Source of the DNA: an uncultured Planctomycetota bacterium
GTDB lineage: Bacteria; Planctomycetota; Planctomycetia; Isosphaerales; Isosphaeraceae
Assembly (NCBI GenBank): GCA_963823665.1
Contig: CAWGMQ010000004.1
Coordinates: 2,144,001-2,208,000 of the forward strand
Reading direction: 5' to 3'
DNA length: 64,000 bases
Shown here: positions 10,292 to 23,956 of the stretch, piece by piece
Layout: every line of letters starts with the position of its first letter
Position numbering within the stretch: the first letter of the stretch is position 1
Translations under genes and position numbers: made by a program
Notes under the pieces: model-generated
What the model saw: the letters and a program-made list of their open reading frames with translations, nothing else
What the model was told of the DNA's origin: nothing
Databases searched by the model: none

Positions 10292-13200
10292 ATGAGGGCA
10301 ATGGACCTCCAGCGGCCCAATCCGTTTCCCGGCCTTCGCCCATTCCGCAGCGACGAACACCACCTCTTCTTTGGCCGCGAGGAGCAGACTGCCGCTTTGC
10401 TCCAACTGCTGCGAACGAACCGCTTTCTCGCAGTGGTCGGCACCTCGGGCAGCGGTAAGTCGTCGCTGGTACGAGCCGGCATGATCGCCGAGCTTCACGG
10501 CGGCACCATGACCCAGGCCGGCTCGACCTGGGAGGTGATGATTCTTCGGCCCGGCGGCAGCCCCATCGAGAACCTGGCGCGAGCGTTCATCGAGGCCGAT
10601 CTCTACGATCGGGAAGACCCCAGCACCCTGCCTCGGTTGCTCGCCACGCTCAACCGCAGCCGCTTCGGCCTGGTCGAAGCGATGAAACAGTGCGAGCTAT
10701 TTGAACCGGGCACCAACCTGCTGGTCGTGGTCGATCAGTTCGAGGAGTTGTTCCGCTTCCGGCAACAAGGCGTGGATTCCGAGGAAACAGCCGCCGCGTT
10801 CGTGAACCTGCTCTTGACCGCGGGCAAGCAGGCGGAATGCCCGATCTACGCCACCATCACGATGCGTTCCGACTACCTGGGCGATTGTTCGGAGATTCCC
10901 GGCCTGGCCGAAGCGGTGAACGAAGGCGAGTACCTGATCCCCCGGCTGCTGCGCGATCAGAAGCGGGACGCGATCGAGAAGCCGATTGGCGTCGGCGGGG
11001 CCAAGATCTCGCCCATGCTGGTGCAGCGACTTTTGAACGAAGTGGGCGACGATCCCGATCAACTGCCGGTGTTGCAGCACGCGCTCATGCGGATGTGGGA
11101 TGCCTGGTCCCAGGGCTGCGACCACGATCGGCCGATCGACTTCGCTGACTTCGAGGGGACTGGCGGCCTGAGCGAGGCGCTCTCGAACCACGCCGACGAA
11201 ATATACGACGCGCTTCCTCACGACCGCCATCGGTCGGCCTGCGAGAAGATCTTCAAGACGCTCACTATGAAGGGTGACGACAACCGCGGCATCCGCCGGC
11301 CAACGCGGCTGGCGCAACTCCAGGCGATTGCTGGCGCGGATCGTGAGACGGTGACGACGGTGCTGGACGCCTATCGCGGGTCTGGCGTCACGTTTCTGAT
11401 GCCCGGGTCGGAAGTCGAACTGATCGACCGGACGGTGCTGGACCTGTCGCATGAGAGCCTGATGTGCGGCTGGCAGCGGTTGCGCATGTGGGTGGAAGAC
11501 GAGGCGCAATCGGCGCGGATCTTCCGGCGATTGCTGGACACGGCCCGGCTCCGGAGCGATGGGAAAGCCGGTCTGTTCCGCGATCCCGACTTGCAGATTG
11601 CGCTCTCCTGGCGCGAGCAGGAAGCACCGAACACGGAATGGGCCGAGCAGTACGGCGGCGATGTCGAGACGGCGATCGGCTTTCTGGAAGCGAGCAACGC
11701 CGAGACGGAAGCGGAACGGCATGCCAGGGAAGCCGCCCGGGGGCGCGAGCTGGATCAGGCCCGGCAACTGGCCGAAGCGCAGCGACTGCGGCTGGAGCAG
11801 CAGCAGCGCGCGGCGTACCGGCTTCGCCTGATGATTGCGGGCCTCGCCGCGGTCGCGCTCATCGCGGGCGTCGCCTGCGTCGTCGCGCTGTTTGCCAACC
11901 AGCGAGCCATCACGCTGGCGGTCGCGGCCCGGCAAAACGAGGAGAAGGCCAACCAGAACGCGCAACGAGCGGAGCGATCTCAGAAGGAGACGGCAGACGC
12001 TCTGCAGTTGGCGCGAGCCGCCGAGGAGGCGGGCCGCAAGCTGCTTTACACGACCGATATGCAACTCGCCCCCTTCGTCTGGCGCGACGATCGCACCACG
12101 GCCGAACGACTCCGCGTGCTGCTGGCGAAACACATTCCGGAGAGCAAGGCAGCCGGGAACGAGGATGTCACCCGCGCCAGCCTCAAGCCCGATCTGCGCG
12201 GCTTTGAGTGGTACTACTACCAGCACTTGCTGGAAAACAGCGCCGCGGTTTTCTCGGGGCACGGCGAGTCCGTCGTCGACGCTGCGTTCACAACGGAAGG
12301 CCCGCTGGTCACGCTGGATCAGAATGCCCAGGTGCGGCGGTGGGACGTCGGTTCGCAGCACGAAGATGACGCGAGCCGCCGCGACCTGCCCGGCGGGCCC
12401 GGCGCTCAATTCCGCGTTCTGTCGCCCGACGGCCGGCTGGCGGCGCTGGCCGAAGGGAACAAGGTTCGCGTCTATGACACCTCCACGGGCCATGAGAAGT
12501 TCGCGGTCGATTCGGCCAGCCCTCAAGACTTCGTGAGCCGCTATATCCGCCATCTGATCTTTTCACGGGACGGCGACAGGTTGGTCATCGTCGACGACAA
12601 GATCCGGTGGTTGAGCGCCGCAAGCGGCGAGGTGATCGCAACTTTTGACGAGAAACGTCCCCGCGTCGAATGTGTCGCCTTGTCGGCGGATGGGCTCACG
12701 CTGGCCGTCGGCGGCTACGGTAACGTCGGCGACCTGGCTTCCATCTTTCGCCTCGACGCGGCCGCAAAGACCGTGACTCCCCCGGCGACGGGCGTTGGCG
12801 TCCCCCCTGAAACGCTGTCCTGCTCCGCGCTCACAGTGAATGGCGGGCGGCTCGCTGTCGGCGCGATGATGTCGGGAAACCTGGCAGTTTTGGAGGCAAC
12901 TTCAGGCCGTTTGATTGGACGGCATACGTCCGCTCACGCGTCGTCCATCCGGGCGATAGCCTTCTCTGGCGACGGCGCCAGGCTGGCCACGGCCGACGCC
13001 GAAGGGACGATCAAGATCTGGGCCGATCTCGAGAAGCTAGACTCCAAGAGCGCGGCGCTCTTGACGCTCAAGGGCCATCAAGGGGCCATCCACACAGTCC
13101 GTTTCTCGACCGATGGCAAGCGGCTCGTCACCTCAAGCGCCGGCAAGACAGCCAGAGTCTGGGATCTCGAGAATGCCGGCGCGGCCATTCGGCCATTGGA

Positions 13201-16200
13201 AGGTCTTGCCGACGATGGGTCGCTCGATGGGACGCCCGTGACCCGCTTTTCGCCGGATGGCCAACTGATCGCCGCGGCCAACGGCCGCAGTGTGCGTCTG
13301 TGGGACGCCGCCACGGGGCGACTCGTCAAGGAACTGTCACACGGCGAGAAGGTTCGAGTCTCCAGCGTTGCATTCTCGCCGAGCGACAACCGTCTCCTGG
13401 CTGTCGGGTACGGCGGACCATCGGACGTGTCTTATGTTGCGCTGTGGGACATCGATGCCGCAGCGGAGCGGGCGCGGTTGACGGGAGCGACCGATCTGCC
13501 CGACTATTATCACACGGGCGAATATCAGTGGCAGATCGGTGCGCTCGAGTTTTCGCCCGATGGGAAGTATCTGGTTGCCGGATTCGGCTCAAAGCGCGGC
13601 ATTAATCCAAGAGCTGATCCCCGTCCGCTGAAAGTGTGGGAAGTCGCCACGCGCCGACTGATCCGCCGGCTTGATGGGCATGCGAACACATGTCTCTCTC
13701 TCGACTTCTCGCGGGACGGGACGCTCTTGGCCAGCGGCAGCCACGACGGGACGGCGATCATCTGGTCGACCAAGACGTGGAAGGCGATGCACACTCTCCA
13801 GAATCCCGATAACAGCTACCTTCCGGGCGGATGGATCACGGTCGAGGATGTGGCCTTTTCGCCGGACGGCAAGACCCTGGTCCTGGCGAGTTATGGCGGG
13901 ACCGTGCAGTTATGGGACGTCGCCACCGGGAAACTTCTGGAGACACTCAAGGGGCATTCCAGTGCCGTCATGGCCGTGGTGTTTTCGCCGGATGGCCGCA
14001 CCTTGGCCTCGGGCAGCAGCGACCAGACGGTCCGCCTCTGGAATGTCGAGACGCGGCGTGAGCTCTTGCAGTTAGATCACGGCGGCGTCGACCTGGGCCT
14101 GCAGATGCTATCACTCGCGTTTTCCCCAGAAGGCCGACAGTTGCTGACCGGATGGCGGGGAGTGCGCCGCCTTCTGGTCTAGCATGCCAATCGTCTGGAA
14201 CGATCCCGACCGGGCCGCCGAAACACTGCGACTCTTGCTCCATTCCCACGCCGACTTCCCGAGCCGCATCCGGATGTTCTCCGAAAACCTGAGGCTGCAC
14301 GAAGCACTGGCCAAGCTCGACGCGAACGACGAGCGCGTGCAAGCCGCCCTGGCCGCCACCGGAGCCAACTGGCATGCCTCGCGCAAGGCGTGGCCGGAGG
14401 CCGTGGCGGCCTTTGATCGGTTGGCGGCCGCCGATCCAAGAGGACCCGAGGCCTGGCTGCGCACGCCCGGGCTGCTTCGCCTGGCGACGGCCCTGGTGCA
14501 TCAAAATCGGTCATCCGTCGCGGCCACGCTGTTGCAAGGAGGCGCCGGGCGCCGCACCGCGGATGGGATCGCTGTGATCGAGCTGACCAGGGAGGGAATC
14601 GTCAGCGATCCGGCGACTGGAGAACTCTTGGGTCCCCTTCGGGCACTTGTCAATGAACGGCTCGCCAAGAAGCCGCGAGACGCCGGGCTGCTCGAACTCC
14701 GCGCCGAACTTGCCGGTCAATGGTCGGACGCCCAGGCCCAAGTGGCCGACTACACCGCCGCCATCGACGCGCTTGCCCCGCAGAAACCTGAGGTCGCCGC
14801 CGTCGATCTGAAGAGGCTCTATCGTCGCCGGGGCAACGCCTACGCCAGCCTGAAAAAATGGCCGGAAACCCTCGACGATTACGCCCACGTCGTGACCGAC
14901 ACCCCCCAGACGACCGACGCCGACCTGCTCTTGAACCGGGCCCGCGCCTATGAGGCGCTCAAGAACTGGGATGCCGCCGCGGCCGACTGGTCACGGGCGG
15001 CGAGTGGAAACCCGGACGGGGCCAAACTGCTCGGCGAGTTCGCGCGGCGACTTGTCGCCGCCGATCAACTCCCGCTGGCGAAGGCTCAGTTCCAGAAGTC
15101 CGAAGCACTTTACGCCCGATCGCTGCGGGAGGACCCTGAGAACGACATGGTCGCCAGGGCGCTGGCTCAACTCCTCTTCGATAAGGAAGAAAATGAGACC
15201 CGCACTCGATGGACGGTACTCAAGCCGAGCGAGATGAAATCGAAAGGCGGCGCAACGCTCTCGAAGCTTCCCGACGAATCCATCCTGGCCAGCGGCAAGA
15301 ACCCGCTCGGGGATGCCTATACGATTGTTGCCCCGACCCAGGTGACTCAGGTCAGGGCCATCCGACTCGAGGCCCTGACTCACGAGTCGCTCCCGAATCA
15401 GGGGCCAGGTCGTTCCGAACAGAACCGCGGCAATATCGACATGGTCAACTTCAAGATCACGGCCCACATTCCAGGGACGCAGCCTCGTCCGATCGAAGTC
15501 AGCCGGGTCGCCGCCGACTATTCCTACTTCGAACTGACAGCAACTCACTGGAATCTCGGGGAAGGCGAAGGGCGTTCGCACACCGCGGTCTATCTGGCCA
15601 GGCAGCCAGTCGACTGCAAAGACGGCACGCGGCTGGAGTTCCAGATGGAGTTTTACCCCGGTGCGGATTGGCCGCTCCAGAACCTGGGTCGCTTCCGGCT
15701 TGCGGTGGCCGGTGATCCTGCTGCGTTTGACGGGGAGCAGACACGCTTCGCTGCAATGAAGCTCAAGGACCCGTGGGCCAAGCTCGCCGTCGCATACGCC
15801 TTGAACGGTCGCAATGATGAGGCGACGCGATACTTTACCCGAGCACTCGATGGTCCGAGGGTCGCGAGGCGAGGCAGCCGATCCTCGAGTTCGCAGCGCA
15901 CTTCGGCGATCTCCTTCCCGCGCTGATCGAACGACAGATCGAACGACAGCCTGATGAACCGCAACTCCAGTTGGCCCTGGCTCGGAGCCTTGCCAGGCGG
16001 GGTAAGCAGCACCTGGCCGAGAAGCAGCCTGCGAAGGCCCAGGCGGCGCTGGAGAAATCCCGCGAGATTGTCGCGCGGCTCCGCGCAAAATACCCGGAAC
16101 CGGTATGGACCGTGCTGAAGCCGACCGAACTGAAGTCGGAGCGAGGACAAACGCTCACGCTGCAGGGCGACGGTTCGATACGGGCGAGTGGAACGAATCC

Positions 16201-17678
16201 GGATCGGGACACCTACACCCTGACCGCCCCGGTTGCCGGGGGAACCGTCGCCGGACTCCGGCTCGAAACGATCCCGGATGAACGGCTGAAGGGGGATGCC
16301 AGTCGCTGGTGGGGCGAGTTTTTCTTGACGCAAATTGACTTGGCCACACTTGCTGCGAGCGGTGGTACGGATCGCCCGCTGGCGATCAAGGATGGAGTCG
16401 CCGACTTTTCCCGGGACCAACACCCCTTGTCGCGCATTCGACCAGAATGATTCGACCTCCTGGGGCGTTTACCCGAGACACGACGAACCACACACCGCAA
16501 TTTTCGAGTGTGCATCTTCGTCGGCCGCCACAGCAGGAAACCAGCGGTTGAAGGTCCGACTCCGGTCGGGCTCCGTCACCTGGCCCGGGCGGAATCTCGG
16601 CCGCTTTCGTCTCTCCGTGACGAGTCATGCCCGAGACCTCACGGTGGGGGCCCGCCTGCGCAACGATTTGAAGGATAGCGAGATCGCGGACCTGCACGTC
16701 GAGCTGGCGAGGGCTCATGCCGAGCAAGGTCACGAGAGCGAAGCATTGGCCTCGTTGGTCGAGGCGCTCCCTCTCGCCGCGGACCGCGCCGGCAAAGCCA
16801 GGATCATCACCGAAGCCGCACCACTGGCAGGGGAGCTGGAAAAACTGGCCGAGGGCGCGAAAGACGATGCCCTGTTCCAGGCCGAACTGGCCCAGCATTT
16901 TGCCGCTCGAGGCAATGCCGTGGCTGCTAACGCCGCCCGCGCGAGGGCCTGCGCATTGTTCGCGGAGAAGCTGGCGCAGGAACCTGAGAACACCGCGCTC
17001 GCCGCGGACCTCCTCTTGGCCTACCAGTCGGCCGGCCGCACGCGCGAGGCGGTTCCGTATCTGGCGAAGACGTTCGCCGCAGTTCCGAGCGACATGTTGC
17101 TCCAGCAGGTTGCCGCTCTCCAGGCGTGGTTCGGACAGGAGAAGGAACTCGCGGCCACCCGGCAGCGGATACTCGCGTTCGCCAAGGACACGAGCGATGC
17201 AGGTACGGCCGAACGGGCGGCCAAGGCGTGCAGTATCCGGCTGTCCACCGACAAGGCGGAGCTTGACGCGGCACTGGCATTCGCTCGCAAGGGGGTGGAA
17301 CTCGATCACGGTAGCGAGTGGCGGGAGTGGCCGCTGCTGTCGCTCGGCATGGCGGAGTACCGCAGCGGCAACCACGCGGCCGCCACCCAGGCGCTGCTCG
17401 CCGCCGCAAAAGCTGGCTCGAACAATCCCATCGTCACGGGCATTTCCGCATTCTACCGGGCGATGAGCCTGTCTCGGCAAGGAAAGCCCGACGAGGCCCG
17501 CAAACTCGCAATCGGGGCCACTGCGCAGATGAAGCCCCTGCCGAAAGACGAGCAGAATCCGTTTGCCAATGGTGCCTACTACGACGACCTGATCCTGTGG
17601 CTGGCCTACAAGGAAGCAAAAGACTTAATCAAGTTCGACGCGCCGCCGCCGCCCGAGCCGGAGAAGGACAAGAAATGA
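10292..17678 (+). CDS. Giant nSTAND1-type NTPase - TM - WD40 - TPR - two beta-sandwich domains - TPR protein; frameshifts near 14160, 15860 and 16440
   Basis: Motifs NPFPGLRPF, Walker [10 protein letters not shown], Walker [16 protein letters not shown] and [11 protein letters not shown] helix ([23 protein letters not shown]) and WD40 repeats follow. ORFs 14184, 15971 and 16335 continue colinearly with the downstream paralogue. Confidence 0.85.
17417..17561 (+). repeat. 145-bp perfect direct repeat, copy 1
   Basis: ctcgaacaatccc...gagcagaatccg is identical to 23695-23839. Confidence 0.9.
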
Positions 17679-17757
17679 AGCCGGCCCGGGACCGGATCGA
17701 TGCAGTAACAAAGGACGTGTTCCAGGGTATGCCGGGCGGCATCGAGGAGATCTGGAG

Positions 17758-20700
17758 ATGAGCGACAGCAACCCGTCCGCCGCGGACCCGCCGGGGCCAT
17801 CCGCCGCTCGCGAAAGGTCCAGCAAGATCCCGGACAAGCCGCCGGCCGACCTGAGCCCGACCATTGATTCCGAATCGAGTGCAGCGACGCCAAGCTGTGA
17901 CGTTACCACCGAGGGCACGTTTCCTTCATCGGTCGTCGATGGGCGCACGAAGTCTTACCTGACGGGCATGGCCACCGGGCCGACGGACGCGGAGCCGGGG
18001 GGTGCGGCCGTGGTGGTGTCGGTGGCGGGCTACGAGATCGAGAGCGTTCTTGGCCGCGGCGGCATGGGTGTCGTCTACAAGGCGCGGCATCTGGCCCTGA
18101 AGCGCACCGTGGCCCTGAAGATGGTGCTGGCCGGCGGGCACGCCGGACCGCGAGTTGGTGCGGTTCCGCATCGAGGTCGAAGCGGCGGCGCGGTTGCAGC
18201 ACCCCAACATCGTGCAAATCTTCGAGGTCGGCGAGGCCGGCGGGCATCCGTACTGCGCGCTGGAGCTTGTCGAGGGGGGCAGCCTCGCCGCCCAGCTCGC
18301 TGGCCAGCCGCTGCCGGCCCGGCAGGCGGCCCGGCTGGTGGAAGCCCTGGCGCGGGCGGTGCAACTGGCCCACAGCCGCAACGTCGTCCACCGCGACTTG
18401 AAGCCCGCCAATGTGCTGCTGACGCCGGACGGCACACCAAAGATCACCGACTTCGGCCTGGCCCGGCAACTGGACAGCGACAGCGGCGAGACGCAGGCCG
18501 GGCAGGTGATGGGCACGCCGTCGTACATGGCCCCCGAACAGGCGTCGGGATGCGCCTACGAGGCCGGGCCGGCGGCGGACGTGTACGCGCTGGGGGCGAT
18601 CCTGTACAAGTGCCTGGCGGGGCGGCCGCCGTTCAAGGGCCAGACGGTGGTGGAGACCCTCGACCAGGTGCGGACACAGGAGCCGGTGCCGCCGTGCGCC
18701 TTCAGCCGAGTGTGCCCCTGGACCTGGAGACCATTTGCCTGAAGTGCCTGCGCAAGGAGCCGGAGAAGCGCTATGCGTCGGCCGCGGAGTTGGCGGACGA
18801 CTTGGTTCGGTATCAGCGCGGCGAGCCGATCCAGGCGCGGCCGGTGGGAAAGCTGGAATGGGCCTGGCGCTGGTGCCGCCGCAACCCGCTGCCGACGAGT
18901 CTGCTGGCGGGGATGGTGCTGGTGTTTCTGACGGGCTTTGCCGGGGTGGTCTGGCAGTGGCGCGTGGCCGAAACGGCGCAAAAGGAGACGTCAAACGCTC
19001 TTGCCGTCGTCGAATCCCAGAAGAAAGACGTGGAGGGAAGCTTGGCCAAGGCCGAGGAGGAGGCGGGCCGCAAGCTGCTGTATACGACCGATATGCAACT
19101 CGCCCCATTCCTTTGGCGCGACGATCGAACCACGGCCGAGCAACTTCGCGTTCTCCTGGCAAAACACATTCCCGATAGCAAGGCCGCCGGGGACAAGGAC
19201 GCCGTAGCAGCCGTTGCCAGACCCGATCTGCGCGGCTTTGAGTGGCACTATTACCAGCACTTGCTGGAACACAGCGCTACGGTTTTCTCGGGCATGGTGT
19301 TGCCCTCGCCGGCGGTGCTGTCACCTCGGCTGGTCAATTGGTGACGCTGGATCAGAACGGCCAGGTGAGGCGTTGAGACCTGGCTTCCCAGCATGAAGAC
19401 GCAAGGAGCCGCCGCGACCTGCCCGGCGGCCAAGGTGCTCAGTTTCGCGCCTTGTCGCCCAACGGACGGCTGGTCGCGCTGGGCGACGGCAACAAGGTGT
19501 ACGTATTTGACACCTCCACGGGCAAAGAGACGTTCCAGATCGAATCCGTCAATCAGAAAATCGTCAATCCGGAATATCCCCGTCTGATCTTCTCACGGGA
19601 TAGCGACCGGTCGGTCATAGTGGATGACAAGATTCGCTGGTTGAGCGCCGTAAATGGTCAGGTGATTGCGTCCGTCAATCAGAAATTCGACCACCTCTCG
19701 AGCTTGGCGTTGTCCGCCGATGGTCTGACGCTGGCCGTCGTCGGCCACGGTCACGGCTTGGGCCACTTTTCGATGTTCCGCCTGGACGCGACCAGGCGAA
19801 CCGTGACTCCGGGGGCAAAGGATGTCCAAGGCAGTGCAACATTGAACGCCTTGGCGTTGAGTCCGGATGGCCAACGGCTCGCGCTCGGCTATAGCCTGTC
19901 TGCTGGGCTGTCGGTTTACGACAAATCCACTGGACGCTTGATCGCAGAGAATCGGTCGGCTCACGCCTCGCCCCTCACCGCGATCTCCTTCTCCGGCGAC
20001 GGCGCGAGGCTGGCCACGGCGGATTCCCAGGGGACGATCAAGATCTGGGCGGACTGCGCAGAAGCTCACTGCGGTGCTGCTGACGAAGAAGGGTCATCAA
20101 GGGGCGATCAATGGCGTCGCTTTCTCGAGCGATGGGAGGCGGCTCGTCAGTGCGAGCGTGGACAAAACGGCCAGAGTCTGGGACCTGGAGAATGCCGGTG
20201 CGGCAATCCGGCCCTTGGAACGTGCCGACGGTCGGTGTCTCGTGGCACGTTTTTCCCGCAATGGCCAGTTGATCGCCAGCGCCGTGGGCAACAGCCTGCG
20301 GCTCTGGGACGCCGCCACGGGCCAACTGGTGCGGGAGCTGTCGGCCGGCGACGAGGGTCGTATAGAAAGCGTGGCATTCTCGCCTGCCGACGACCGCCTG
20401 TTGGCCGTCGGGTACGGCGTACCACAACAGAGCGGGCGAACAGACATTTCTTATGTCGCGCTCCGGGACATCGATGCCGCGACGGAACTCGTGCGCTTGC
20501 CCGGAGCGACCGATCTGCCCGGCCCCGTGGTGAGCGAATTCTGGGGGGCAGTCGCGGCGCTCGCGTTTTCGCCTGACGGGAAGTATCTCGCGGCCGGTTT
20601 CGGCACAAAGATGTGTTTTTGGCATGAAAGTTATCCGGTTCCTCTGAAGGTCTGGGAAGTCGCCACGCGCCGGCTGATCGGCCGTCTGAATGGACACACG

Positions 20701-23700
20701 GGATGGTGCGTTTCTCTCGACTTCTCCCCGGACGGAACGCTGCTGGCCAGCGGCGGCCGCGACGGGAGGGCGATCCTCTGGTCCACCGCGACCTGAAAAG
20801 CGACGCACAGGCTCCAGAATCCCGAGCCGGGCCCAGATCCAGACAGGTGGGATATGGAGAGCCAGGCGGGACGCGGTTTTGTCGATGACGTAGCCTTTTC
20901 GCCGGACGGCAAGACCCTGGCGCTCGCCAGTCGTTCGGGGAACGTGCAATTGTGGAACGTCGCCACCGGAGAACTTTTGGAATCGGTCAAGGGGCATTCC
21001 GGTGCGGTCTCTGCGGTGGCGTTTTCGCCGGATGGTCGCACCCTGGCCTCGGGCAGCTTTGACCAGACGGTCCGCCTCTGGAATGTTCCGACGCGGCGCG
21101 AGCTGATGCAATTGGATGCCGGCAGCGTCGAGCTGGGTAGTGTGGTATCCCTCGCCTTTTCCCCCGACGGCAAGCACTTGTTGGCCGGAGGTCACAGCCG
21201 CACCGCCTTCTGGTCCGACGCGCCGATCGTCTGGAACGATCCCGACCGAGCCGCCGCCAGACTGCAAGTTCTGCTGCACTCGGGCGCCGACTTCCAGAGC
21301 CGCATTCGGATGTTGTCCGAGAACCTCCGGCTGCACGAAGCGCTGGCGAAGCTAGACACAAATGATGGGCGTGTGCGCGCCGCTCTGGCCGCCATGCAGG
21401 CCAACTGGCATGCCTCGCGCCAGGCCTGGCCTGAGGCCGTCCAGGCGCTTGATCGCTTGGCGGCCGCCGATCCAACCCATCCCGAAGAGTGGCTGCGTAC
21501 GCCCGGCTTGCTTCGACTGGCGACGGCCCTGTGGCATCAGAATCGGCCTCGTGACGCCACGGCTCTGTTGAGGGGGGGTGCCAGGCGCCGGGAGCAGGAT
21601 GGCGTTTCGGCCACCGTCCATGATGCGGCGACCGGCGCATGGTTGCACCCCCTGCGGGCGGCCATTGACGAACGGCTCACCAAGGAGCCTCGCAACCCGG
21701 GGCTGCTCGAGCTGCGTGCCGAGCTTGCCGGCCAGTGGTCCAATGCGAACTCTCAGGTGGCCGACTACACGGCCGCCATCGACGTCCTTTCCCAGCAGAC
21801 AGCCGCGGATGAGGCCGTCGATATTCAGCGGCTTTACAGCCGTCGAGGCAACGCGCATGTCGCCTTGCAACAGTGGCAACAGGCGGTCGATGATTACGCT
21901 CGGGCCGTTTCCGACACGACAAGCGATGAGGCCTTGCTATCCAACCAGGCGCTCGCGCGGGCGGAGCTGTTCCTTGCATCCAAGAGGGAGCCGGAATACC
22001 TGGCGGCGAGAAAGCTCACCGATCCCTGGCAAAAGGTGGCAGCCGCGTATCAGCTCGAAGGAGACCAGCGGGCCATTGACCGACTGGTCAAGCAACGACC
22101 GAAGCTGGCGGGCTTCATCGGCGACCTCTTCACGCAGGAGCCGAAGAAGGACTGGCAACGGGCCGTCGATATCTACAACCAGGGCATCGCCCCAGAGACG
22201 ACCGACGTAGACTTGCTCTCGAAGCGGGCTCGTGCCTATGAGTGGCTCCAGAAGTGGGATGCCGCCGCGGCCGACTGGTGGTGCGCCGCGACTGGAAATC
22301 CGTTAGGGGTAAGACTGCTCGCCGAGTTCGCGCAACGACTTGCCGGCGCAGGCCAGGTACCGTTGGCGAACGCTCAGTTCGACAAGGTTCAAGCACTCTA
22401 CGAACGATCGCTGGCCGCGGACCCGGAAAATGACGTGGTGGCAACGGAGTCGCGCAACTGCTATGGGACAAGCACGAGACCAGGAACCCCAGTCAATGGA
22501 CAGTTCTCAAGCCGGCGGAAATGAAATCCCAGGGCGGCGCCAAGTTGACCAAGTTTGGACGATGATTCGATTCTGGCCGGGGGCGTGAATCCGCGGCCCG
22601 ACCAGTATACCGTCAAATTCATCATCCCCAAGAGTACAGAGATTCGCTCGATCCGGCTGGAGGCGTTGACCCATGATTCGTTGCCGGGACGTGGCCCGGG
22701 CCGCGGGTATGCTGGTGACTTTTACGTGGGCCGCTGGGATGTGACGGTGAAAGGCGGCAGGCGGTGCGGATTCGCCGCGCTCGTTGAGTTTCCACTCTGC
22801 GTGCGCCGACTATTCCACGAATGACGCCCCGTTGGCGTCGTGGGGCGGGTGGAGTATGACCACGGCTATTCCTGGAGTAAGGCCCCAGGAGAATCACCGT
22901 TCGGTTTGGGGCCTTTCTGAGCCGATCACGTTGGCAGCCGGCACGGAATTGGTTTCTCACATGCGCTTCCAGGAGGCGGCGGCTGGGGAGCGGGCGGATC
23001 AAAATCTCGGCCGCTTTCGTGTATCCGTCTCCGGTGACCCTGCGGCGTTCGACCGGGAACAGGCGCGCTTCGCGGTGCTCGAGCTCACCAATCCCTGGGC
23101 GAAGCTCGCCACAGCGTATCACCTTATCGGCGACCAGCAGGCGCTCGACAACCTGCTCAAGCATCACCCGACAGCGGCTGCCGCCGTCGGCGATCTGTAC
23201 GCGGCCGAAAAGGATTGGGAGCGGGCCATCGCCGAATATCGCAAGCGGCTTAACGACCAGACGGCCGACTCCTTGTTGACCAAACTCGCCACAGCCTACC
23301 AGTCGGCCGGCCGCACGCGCGAGGCGGTTCCGCATCTGGCGAGGGCGTCCGCCGCCGATCCGAACGACACGTTACTCTCTCTGAAGGTCGCCGCTCTCCA
23401 GGCGTGGTTCGGACAGGAGAAGGAACTCGCGGCCACCCGGCAGCGCATCCGCGCGTTCGCTCAGGACACCGACGATGCGGGTACGGCCGAGCGCGCGGCC
23501 AAGGCGTGCAGTATCCGGGCGTCCAGCGACAAGGCGGAGCTCGATGCGACATTGGCCCTCGCGCGCGAGGGGGTGGAACTCAATAAGGGTAGCCAATGGC
23601 GCGATTGGCGGCTGCTGGCCCTCGGCATGGCGGAATACCGTAGCGGCAACCACGCGGACGCCACTGAGGCGCTGCTCGCCGCCGCAAAGGCTGCCTCGAA

Positions 23701-23956
23701 CAATCCCATCGTCACGGGCATTTCCGCATTCTACCGGGCGATGAGCCTGTCTCGGCAAGGAAAGCCCGACGAGGCCCGCAAACTCGCAATCGGGGCCACT
23801 GCGCAGATGAAGCCCCTGCCGAAAGACGAGCAGAATCCGCTTGCCAACGGTGCCGACCACGACGACCTGATCCTGTGGCTGGCCTATAAGGAAGCGAAGG
23901 CGATGATCCATTTCGATGCGACCGCCGCCGCGCCCGCAACAGCCGGCGGGAAATGA
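17758..23956 (+). pseudogene. Giant Ser/Thr kinase - TM - WD40 - TPR - beta-sandwich - TPR gene with about 7 frameshifts and TGA stops at 19374 and 20794
   Basis: Kinase motifs [21 protein letters not shown] and YMAPE lie across ORFs 17758/18155. A TM helix follows, then ORFs 19452, 20074, 20854, 22555 and 22784 match the 10292 gene. Some lesions may be sequencing errors. Confidence 0.8.
23695..23839 (+). repeat. 145-bp perfect direct repeat, copy 2
   Basis: Identical to 17417-17561. Confidence 0.9.

Noticed and set aside
8337..20796. TGA recoded as Trp (stops at 8337, 19374 and 20794)
   Set aside because: TGA ends many intact genes here and Trp is otherwise TGG, so G-to-A mutation or base-calling error is simpler.
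10697..21336. Long antisense ORFs (e.g. 10697-12553, 14991-16088, 17903-19162, 20038-21336)
   Set aside because: They are GC-rich shadow frames opposite clear genes and carry no recognisable motifs.
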